The notes under the pieces are model-generated. The model searched no databases, was not told where the DNA came from, and saw nothing but the letters and a program-made list of their open reading frames with translations. Below, one piece after another: positions 24,684 through 31,412 of a stretch of DNA of 32,000 bases; position 1 is the stretch's first letter; every line of letters starts with the position of its first letter. A program made the translations under genes and the position numbers. Source of the stretch: Candidatus Iainarchaeum sp. (GTDB lineage: Archaea; Iainarchaeota; Iainarchaeia; Iainarchaeales; VGJJ01); the NCBI GenBank assembly GCA_030688545.1, contig JAUYHT010000006.1, positions 300,001 through 332,000 on the forward strand. Reading direction: 5' to 3'.

Positions 24684-26586
24684 ATGGGCCGTGCTCTTCC
24701 TCAATCATTTTCTTCAATCGACGTAATATTTCTTTTTTGGGGTCGTCGACTGGTTCCTCCGGCACGGCTTGGGCCACTTGTTTTTCCTGTCGAGTGAGGG
24801 TTTGATTCAGGGCATCTATTGAAGCCTGCTCCTTCTCCTCCTGCTCGTGTTCCTTCTCTTTCTGTTCAAGATATGCCCAGTCCGCGGGGGTGAGATTTTC
24901 CTGATCCTCTTCGTCCGCTTGGGAAGGGATTTGGGTTTCCTTTGGTTGAAGAGGAGAGAGTGGAGATTTGGTTTCGGGAGGCGCGGAAGAAATGGGTCGT
25001 GGTTCGTCATCCATTCCTTTGGGGGCCAGGGGAGGTATCGCCACTTCTCCGGATTCCTTATTCGGGCGCGCGGGAGGAGGGGTAATTTCGGGGGTGTTTA
25101 ACCTTTCTCGGGGGACCGACCAGGGAGGAACATAGGGGCGGGGGCCACGCGGGGCTGATTCGAGAGGAGTATGAGACGGATCTCGAAGCCCCTTGGGTTG
25201 AATTGGGAATTTTTCTTGGGAGCTATCCATTTCGGATTTGTATGGCAATGGAGCTGTTTCCGGGACAGGAGGATTGGGGGCTATCGTGGGCGCCTCTTCT
25301 TGGCGTTGGGCATCGATGTGTTGCAAATAGGATGTTGGTTTTGCTTGACCTGTTTCCATGTTGGGTGTCACTGTTTGAGGGACTGGCGAATTCCCTTCGT
25401 TTCGCGTGGATGGGGTGTTTTCCACCCTCCTCCCCGATGGGGGAAACGTTTCCTGCGTCGGAAGGTGTGCCTCTTTCAAAGGGGGTGGGGCCATGGGGTC
25501 CGTCCTTTTTTCAGGGGAAACCGATATTTTTTCTTCACGGGGACGCGGTATTTCGACTTGGAGGGAGGGGATGTCAGCGTACTTTTTTCCCTCTTCTTGC
25601 ATTTCATAGGGAGTGGGATTCCCCTGCGGGGCGATGATGGGTTCCGCCGATCCGAATCCTTCCCACTTGGACGTATTATTGGTCGTCGTCCCCCGCGCAT
25701 CCTTTTTCCAAGGTGGAGCAAAAGATGGGGGTGCGGCGTCTTTCCCAGGAAGTGAACGAATATCCTTGGATGGGGTAACCACCTGGTTGGTTGATGGTGG
25801 TTTCAAATGTGGAGACGCCGGGGCTGAGGGTGGGGGAAAGGGTGATGTAAAAGAAGGAGGGGTCGTGGGGGTGGGGGTGGGAATCCCAACCCTCGTCGGT
25901 TGCAACACGATATCTTTTTCGGTGCTCGGAGGCATCGGTGCACGTTCGGGGATGATCGGCACAGAGGATGAGGGAGTAGAAGAAAGGGGGAAATCCTTTT
26001 TTTGTCCAGGAAGGATGGCTCGGGTTGGGCTGACGGTTCCTCGTGGGGCCATTTCCTGTTTGGGTCGCATGAAGGGGAGCATTTGGGCGAATGTGAATGG
26101 TTTTTTGGGTGGCGTGTTTAATGGCTTTGGATTCGATGCGATGGCGCGTTGGAGGGGGGTGGGCGGCTGTGCAGGTATAGTCGGCAATGGAGAAGCAGGG
26201 AGGAGAGATGGTCCCTGCGTCCGAATGGGAGAATAGAGTGGCGCATTTCCCGGTGATAAATTTTTTTGGGTCGATGAGAGACGGGGGGAAATGGACATGT
26301 TCTTGTTGGCGAATGGGCGCGCAGGAGTTATCGTTCCATGGGCACTCCCCTGCATCATGGTGGCTAACTGCTGGCGCATTTGACCTTGGGCGTTGGAGCT
26401 GGCGCGCGTGGGTTGGGAGGTAATCAAGGGTTGTCGTCTGGGTTTTGGTTTTCCGAATATCGCTTGGGCAACGCGCTGTCCCAATCCGGGTTGCGGTAAT
26501 TTGGGAACGAGTTCTCCGTGGGAAATCTTTTCCCGACGTTGCTTGAGGAATTCGTCGATCTCATCCACATCCTCTGAAACGGGCAT
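24682..26586 (-). CDS. proline-rich, low-complexity (probably intrinsically disordered) protein, 634 aa, no signal peptide or TM
   Basis: A 1.9-kb open frame with an ATG start about 25 nt downstream of TTTTTTATAG. The ends are acidic and helical-looking (N: EDVDEIDEFLKQRREK; C: EQKEKEHEQEEKEQASIDALNQTLTRQEK...LRRLKKMIEEEHGP). They flank about 550 aa of P/T/S/Q-rich sequence. Confidence 0.75.
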   Translation of the reverse strand: MPVSEDVDEIDEFLKQRREKISHGELVPKLPQPGLGQRVAQAIFGKPKPRRQPLITSQPTRASSNAQGQMRQQLATMMQGSAHGTITPARPFANKNMSISPRLSSTQKNLSPGNAPLYSPIRTQGPSLLPASPLPTIPAQPPTPLQRAIASNPKPLNTPPKKPFTFAQMLPFMRPKQEMAPRGTVSPTRAILPGQKKDFPLSSTPSSSVPIIPERAPMPPSTEKDIVLQPTRVGIPTPTPTTPPSFTSPFPPPSAPASPHLKPPSTNQVVTPSKDIRSLPGKDAAPPSFAPPWKKDARGTTTNNTSKWEGFGSAEPIIAPQGNPTPYEMQEEGKKYADIPSLQVEIPRPREEKISVSPEKRTDPMAPPPLKEAHLPTQETFPPSGRRVENTPSTRNEGNSPVPQTVTPNMETGQAKPTSYLQHIDAQRQEEAPTIAPNPPVPETAPLPYKSEMDSSQEKFPIQPKGLRDPSHTPLESAPRGPRPYVPPWSVPRERLNTPEITPPPARPNKESGEVAIPPLAPKGMDDEPRPISSAPPETKSPLSPLQPKETQIPSQADEEDQENLTPADWAYLEQKEKEHEQEEKEQASIDALNQTLTRQEKQVAQAVPEEPVDDPKKEILRRLKKMIEEEHGP

Positions 26587-26606
26587 AGCTACCCAGACTT
26601 TTCCGA

Positions 26607-26616
26607 CTATAAAAAA
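26607..26616 (-). promoter_or_regulatory. TATA box (TTTTTTATAG on the minus strand) for the Pro-rich gene, probably a leaderless mRNA
   Basis: Centred about 25 nt upstream of ATG 26586, with no Shine-Dalgarno-like sequence in between. Confidence 0.4.
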
Positions 26617-26794
26617 GAACGCTCATGCGCCAACCAAAAATCCCCAGCGGGATCCCCACGACTCCCAATGCAATCTCGGTAGGATCGGGTTCAGCCGCAT
26701 TCATGAACGGAGGAGCTGTCGATCAAAAGAATTTCTCTTGCGGGAAAAATCAGTCTATTAAAAAAGGGCACCGCCTATTGGAGTAAGTGGTCTC

Positions 26795-27292
26795 ATGCGC
26801 CAAAAATTCATCGACTGGTTTTTTTATGATCCCTTGTTCAAAAAGTTGAACGTGCGGACCGTATTAGATGTGGGATCGGAAAATGGTAAGATGATTAAAT
26901 ATTTCTCCAGACGGGGAGCTAAAGTCACGGCGATCGACCTGGAGCCCACGCGACCCGAAATCAAAAAGATGGACTTTTTGAATAATGTTTTCGCGGACGG
27001 ACAGTTTGATTTGGTGTACAGTGCGCACACCATTGAACACATTCCCACCCCGGAAAAATTTTCTTTGGAAATGCTGCGTGTATCAAAACAATACGTGTGT
27101 CTTGTAGCTCCCTTACCGGGCAAGCAATTCTGGGATCAGCCCGATCATATTCGACCGTACACAAAAGAAACATTAAAACGCATTTTTCACTTGAATAAGT
27201 GGATCATCTGCAAAGAAATACGTTTTCCCGGGTTTGAGCCCATCGCTCTCGTGTTGTTTGACAAGAAGGATTCACGCCTCGTTCGAAATTGA
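26795..27292 (+). CDS. small class I SAM-dependent methyltransferase (Methyltransf_11/23-like)
   Basis: Motif I VLDVGSENGKM, acidic post-I AIDLEP, then FDLVYSAHTIEHIPTPEKF. 165 aa, more A/T-rich than its neighbours. Confidence 0.75.
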   Translation: MRQKFIDWFFYDPLFKKLNVRTVLDVGSENGKMIKYFSRRGAKVTAIDLEPTRPEIKKMDFLNNVFADGQFDLVYSAHTIEHIPTPEKFSLEMLRVSKQYVCLVAPLPGKQFWDQPDHIRPYTKETLKRIFHLNKWIICKEIRFPGFEPIALVLFDKKDSRLVRN

Positions 27293-27690
27293 AGCGAATC
27301 ATTGCTTCATAATCTTTCGCAAGGATCTGAAAGTATACCCATTTTCCACGCTTCCTGAAACGACACGCTTCTTAGGAATCGCGGATACGTATGGTGCGAT
27401 ATACCCGCGGAACACCGCCTCCAATTTTGCATTTATGGGATTTCGGCGTTTTTCCCTTCATGGTTCGACATTCGCGTTCCACAATTTTGATAGCTGGTTC
27501 AACGCGGGTTTTTGTGCACACAGGAAGCTCTGGTGCTATTGATACTGTTTGAATGTCGCCGCATACTGAGCCAGCATGCGATTAGGTTTTATAGGAGCGA
27601 GTTCATGCGGGTAGAAAAGAAGGAACAATTTCCTGTCCCCAAAAAGTCCTCTCCCAACCTCTTTCTTTTCTCCGAATGCGGGTGCGCGCA

Positions 27691-27775
27691 TTTTTGATCG
27701 AACTTCCGGGTAAAACCAAAAAGGTTTTGCGGGCCTCGCAGAACAACGTTCTGCAAGGTTTTTCAAAAAGTTCGT
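27691..27775. repeat. rearranged partial copy of the GATCAAAAA element with two internal hairpins, locus 3
   Basis: TTTTTGATCGAACTT (27691-27705, inverted orientation) ... CAAAAAGTTCG (27764-27774). In between are AAAACC-AAAAA-GGTTTT (27712-27728) and GCAGAAC-AAC-GTTCTGC (27738-27754). It lies immediately downstream of the stop at 27777. Confidence 0.6.
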
Positions 27776-27776
27776 T

Positions 27777-28712
27777 TTACTTGCGGCGCTGCGAATAGGC
27801 CAACAGCAATCCCGCGAGGACAAGGACGATTCCCAGTCCAATCACAGGATTGGTAATGAAACCCAAGAGTCCGGTGGCGGGCGAACCAGCATTCGGGACC
27901 TCGTTCGCGATGGGTAAAATACTCCCGCGCGGAATGCCCGCTTCGCCCAATGCGATTTCTGTGGGATTGGGTTCCACCGTGTTCACGAACGTGGGGGCTG
28001 ATGTCAAGGGGGTATTCGTTCCATCTCCTGACGCGGGTGGGGACAAAGAAAGATTGTTCCCTTGCCATAAAGGATTGAATGAGAACAGGGGCACAGGGCC
28101 GCTTGATCCATCGTCATCATCATCCGTGGACGATTGCGTGCTGGGGCCTTCACAATTATCCCCTTCGCAGATCGTGGGATTAGTGTTCTGCCCATTCGTC
28201 GGAGTGCATCCGATGGTGCCGACGGCGCAGGGCGCTGGCTGGCAATTAATGGTTCCCTCTACTGGACAGGGGTCCTTGGGAGGGCAATTGGAATCGCCGT
28301 TTAACTCACAAGGATTAGGTTGATTGCAATCCGGTTCATTCACCGGACATGGATCCGTTACTTCTTTATCGCGTATCCGGCGGCCGCTAGAGCCAGGTCC
28401 GCTGGGTCCTTGAGGCGCGGGGGCCGCATCGATGCTCTGGGCCGATGTATTTCCTGTAGAAGGTGAAGATGATTCGGTGTTACTGGCAGGTGGCGCGGGT
28501 GCGGAATTGTTTCCCCCATCATTGCTTGAGGTTGTGCGCGTTGATTCATTTGTTGGCGTGGTGGGTGCCGGAGCCGATTCCGTGGCACCGGTGCCTGAAG
28601 ATCCCGAATCATTTGTCGTCGCCGGAGCGTCGGGCGCGCTGTCGGCGAATCCAAAGGGTGACAGCATCAGGCTCATCACGATGAGGACCATTCCCAGTTT
28701 CATTCCGTTCAT
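27777..28712 (-). CDS. secreted S/T/P-rich protein with a 10-Cys module, poly-Asp tract and C-terminal hydrophobic anchor plus basic tail
   Basis: Signal peptide MNGMKLGMVLIVMSLMLSPFGFA/DS. The Cys module is C-x6-C-x5-C-x7-C-x5-C-x7-C-x4-C-x6-C-x12-C-x4-C (nt 28152-28349). There is a DDDDDG tract. C-terminus is GSPATGLLGFITNPVIGLGIVLVLAGLLLAYSQRRK. The first ATG at 28712 is preceded by GGAAGGAG. The track start at 28718 is TTG. Confidence 0.75.
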   Translation of the reverse strand: MNGMKLGMVLIVMSLMLSPFGFADSAPDAPATTNDSGSSGTGATESAPAPTTPTNESTRTTSSNDGGNNSAPAPPASNTESSSPSTGNTSAQSIDAAPAPQGPSGPGSSGRRIRDKEVTDPCPVNEPDCNQPNPCELNGDSNCPPKDPCPVEGTINCQPAPCAVGTIGCTPTNGQNTNPTICEGDNCEGPSTQSSTDDDDDGSSGPVPLFSFNPLWQGNNLSLSPPASGDGTNTPLTSAPTFVNTVEPNPTEIALGEAGIPRGSILPIANEVPNAGSPATGLLGFITNPVIGLGIVLVLAGLLLAYSQRRK

Positions 28713-28818
28713 TCTCAATCAGCTCCTTCCAATTAGATGATGGTGATTTCAATCTTTTAATGTATACGTTTTAAATGAAATTGCGTTAACGACCTCAATT
28801 CATACGGCGATTGTAGAA

Positions 28819-29754
28819 TTAAAACCTTCCTCCGAACCCTCCGCCCCCCGTGCTTCCTCCCCCAAATCCCCCAAATCCCCCACCGCCTCGTCCGAAGCCG
28901 CTCCCGATATACCCCCCTCCGATGCCCCTTCCCCTCCCAAGCGAAGGAGAGTTACCGGAATGAGATAAGTCCGTGGGGAGGGGTTGAAAGAGCGCCACGT
29001 ACAGGAAATAGAGGCTCGTGAGTAATGCCCCATGAAACACATTGAGAGTGAGGGCAGTGAATATTCCCCCGATGCTGAAGAAAAGGAGCCCGGTGAAAAA
29101 ATAGAGGATGACATTGGCAGCCCGCATTTTTTTCTTTTGGGGATCTCCTGCACTATTTTTCCAAATTTTGAATAGGATTATTGCAAAAAGACCCAGTGCG
29201 ATTACCGTCGACCATCTTTCGGTTTCAGGAAAGGCGACGGAAAAAGAATCCGCTTGCGCAATGACATCCGGATCCCCCCGCACGTACCCTTCCATCGTTA
29301 TCACCCCTGCTTCCAACCCACCCGCAAAATCCCCTTCTTGGAAGAATGGGACCATTTTTCCTTCGGCGATCTGCCGGAGACGCGCATCCGGGAGCATCCC
29401 TTCCAATCCATATCCTGTTTCGATGAAGTAGGACCGTTCCTGCAGGGCGATGACGATCAGCAAACCTGTGTCCTTCTGGGCCTCCCCAATTTTCCATGCC
29501 TCAAACACGCGCGTAGTGAATTCGAAAATATCCCCTCCTTCCAAAGTGGGAATGGTGAGCACCACCATCTCCACCCCAGTCTCCTCATCCAATGTTTTCA
29601 GCCGGGTTTCAAGTAACCCTTGTTGATCTGGAGGAATGATGTTGGCGGTGTCCGTGATGTATCCTTGCGGCAACGGCACGGCCTGGGCCGCGACGGTGGC
29701 TCCCAGAACGAGGAGAAAAATCAATACCCCTATTTTCATTTTCCACATGATCAT
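28819..29754 (-). CDS. TPM-domain (YgcG/DUF477-like) membrane protein with Gly-rich C-terminal tail
   Basis: Signal peptide, then GYITDTANIIPPDQQGLLETRLKTLDEETGVEMVVLTIPTLEG...TGLLIVIALQERSYFIETGYGLEG..PDA, then TM helices, then GRGRGIGGGYIGSGFGRGGGGFGGFGGG. Confidence 0.85.
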   Translation of the reverse strand: MIMWKMKIGVLIFLLVLGATVAAQAVPLPQGYITDTANIIPPDQQGLLETRLKTLDEETGVEMVVLTIPTLEGGDIFEFTTRVFEAWKIGEAQKDTGLLIVIALQERSYFIETGYGLEGMLPDARLRQIAEGKMVPFFQEGDFAGGLEAGVITMEGYVRGDPDVIAQADSFSVAFPETERWSTVIALGLFAIILFKIWKNSAGDPQKKKMRAANVILYFFTGLLFFSIGGIFTALTLNVFHGALLTSLYFLYVALFQPLPTDLSHSGNSPSLGRGRGIGGGYIGSGFGRGGGGFGGFGGGSTGGGGFGGRF

Positions 29755-29763
29755 GATATCTCA

Positions 29764-30345
29764 TCACGTGAAATCAGTAGGAACAATGGGCGCGTTCTCA
29801 GCCCCGGCCACGGATTCGAAGAAGGGCTTGGCCTCTCTATCTCCCACGAAAAATGAGTTGGGGATGAGACGGATGTAGGTGTTGTATTCCCGCACCGCAT
29901 CATTATACCGCTTACGGGACACACTGATGCGGTTCTCCGTTCCTTCGAGTTGCGCCATCAAATCGCGAAAGGCTTGGGTGGCCGTCAGCTCGGGATAGTT
30001 TTCAAATGTCAATATGATTTTCGACAGGGTGCTTTCCAGTTGGTTGGCGGTTTGAACTTGTGAGTCCACAGTGCCCCCTTGCTGCCATTGGGTGCGAAGT
30101 TGGGTTATCTCCGTCAGCGTTTCCTGCTCGAATCCCGCGACTCCTTTCACGGTGTTCACCAAATTAGGGATAAGGTCCACCCGGCGCTGGTAATCCGCCT
30201 GCACATTGGCCCACTCCCCATCGACCGCTAAATCGCGTTGCGTGGCCCCATTGTATATCCCCATGACCCATAGCCCGAGGAAGAGAACCAATACCACGGC
30301 AATGCCCACTGGGGCGACCCAATTGGGTAATCCTTTTTCGGCCAT
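29764..30345 (-). CDS. lemA: LemA family protein
   Basis: N-terminal TM, then YNGATQRDLAVDGEWANVQADYQRRVDLIPNLVNTVKG...FRDLMAQLEGTENRISVSRKRYNDAVREYN. It ends 9 nt upstream of the TPM gene. Confidence 0.88.
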   Translation of the reverse strand: MAEKGLPNWVAPVGIAVVLVLFLGLWVMGIYNGATQRDLAVDGEWANVQADYQRRVDLIPNLVNTVKGVAGFEQETLTEITQLRTQWQQGGTVDSQVQTANQLESTLSKIILTFENYPELTATQAFRDLMAQLEGTENRISVSRKRYNDAVREYNTYIRLIPNSFFVGDREAKPFFESVAGAENAPIVPTDFT

Positions 30346-30411
30346 GCTTTTCCCTCCAGAATGTAATCCTGAAACCCCAATGAGAATAAAAGAGGAAGAG
30401 AAAAGGAGATT

Positions 30412-30442
30412 AAAAAAGGAAAAAGGGGGGATAGCCCCCCCC
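30412..30442 (-). terminator. intrinsic-terminator-like G/C hairpin followed by T tracts
   Basis: Minus strand reads GGGGGG(GG)-CTAT-CCCCCC followed by TTTTTCCTTTTTT. It starts 8 nt after the stop of the 113-aa gene. Confidence 0.55.
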
Positions 30443-30449
30443 GGTCTAC

Positions 30450-30791
30450 CTAGTGATTGCTGGCCAGGTTCCAGACGGCTTTAATCCCCACGATCACGGC
30501 AGCGGGTGCCATGAGGGCGGCGATGTAGGCGAATATGCTTCCCAGCGGGGGTCCCACGATGGGGATCAGGGTCCAATTGACGGCTCCCGCCACCAACAGG
30601 GCGATGACCGCTACCAGGAAGGATGTAATCTCTTTATCGCTGATGTTCAGCAGTCCGATGATGGCACCCAAGATCACGAAGATCAATGGTAACCAGTTCG
30701 CGGCCTCGCCGAAGCTTTGCCCCAGGATTCCAGCGATGATGGCGAGAACCACCCCGATGATGAATGCCCAGGATCCAATCTTCTGCTCCAT
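30450..30791 (-). CDS. small polytopic membrane protein (113 aa, about 4 TM)
   Basis: ATG preceded by GAGGAGGTG. Hydrophobic throughout. No family recognised. Confidence 0.6.
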   Translation of the reverse strand: MEQKIGSWAFIIGVVLAIIAGILGQSFGEAANWLPLIFVILGAIIGLLNISDKEITSFLVAVIALLVAGAVNWTLIPIVGPPLGSIFAYIAALMAPAAVIVGIKAVWNLASNH

Positions 30792-31043
30792 TGATGAAAC
30801 ACCTCCTCAGTGTTTCCCTGCAGACCATAAGCCCGCGGGGGTTCATCTACTCCACTTCCTGAATTATGTCCTTTTAATAAACATTCTTTTTTGGAGCCGT
30901 ATTTGCGGCAAAGAGCGAAAATAAAGCGGGTAATCTGAATTCTTGGAAAAAAGAAAGAGGGAGCACGGTTTCTATTCTAATTGGACTTGGATGTTCGCCA
31001 ATACCTGGCGCAATAATACCCATAACCCTCTCATGGTTGGAGG

Positions 31044-31076
31044 AAAAAAAAATCCTATTATTTTTAAGGAAAAAAA
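31044..31076 (-). terminator. oligo-T termination signals after rps10
   Basis: T7 and T9 tracts on the minus strand (A runs at 31070-31076 and 31044-31052) lie within 40 nt of the rps10 stop. Confidence 0.5.
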
Positions 31077-31081
31077 GCCCT

Positions 31082-31393
31082 TTATTTATCGCGCAATTCA
31101 ATCTCGATATGCACGTTTTCGGGGATGTCCACGCGCATGACCCGGCGTAGCGTGCGCTCGTCCGCCTGAATATCGATCAGGCGCTTGTGTACGCGCATCT
31201 GCCATTTCTCGAATGTCTCCGTTCCCCCACCGCATGGGGATTTGCGCGTGGGCAAAATCAATTTTTTGGTGGGCAGGGGCACTAATCCCGAATGCTTGAC
31301 CCCCGTCCGATCCGCGACGTCCAATATCTTCCCTGAAATGTCTTGGAGGGAATCCAGGCTGGGGCTCGTCAATTTGATACGGGCATTCTGCAT
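31082..31393 (-). CDS. rps10: 30S ribosomal protein uS10
   Basis: ARIKLTSPSLDSLQDI...GLVPLPTKKLILPTRKSPCGGGTETFEKWQMRVHKRLIDI, immediately downstream of aEF-1alpha as in most archaea. Confidence 0.95.
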   Translation of the reverse strand: MQNARIKLTSPSLDSLQDISGKILDVADRTGVKHSGLVPLPTKKLILPTRKSPCGGGTETFEKWQMRVHKRLIDIQADERTLRRVMRVDIPENVHIEIELRDK

Positions 31394-31412
31394 GAATCAT
31401 CCCTCAAAAAAA

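Noticed and set aside
24847-26423. Several Gly/Arg/Trp-rich plus-strand ORFs (84-207 aa) inside the Pro-rich gene
   Set aside because: They are the complement of CCN proline codons (GGN). They are mutually overlapping and much shorter than the 634-codon minus-strand frame.
26622-26803. 12-nt direct repeat CTCATGCGCCAA (26622-26633 and 26792-26803), and a 53-codon upstream ORF (26625-26786) sharing the MRQ start with the methyltransferase
   Set aside because: A 12-mer duplicate is within chance expectation for this window size. The small ORF has no supporting signals, because the nearby TATA is too close to its ATG and fits the minus-strand gene instead. Its sequence is unremarkable.
30792-31081. 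290-bp spacer after rps10 examined for a tRNA or other RNA gene
   Set aside because: It has no T-arm or D-arm signatures and no extended helices. Its content is explained by T-tract terminators (31044-31076), a TATA-like TTTATTAAAAGG (30871-30882) and a GAGGAGGTG ribosome-binding site for the 113-aa gene.
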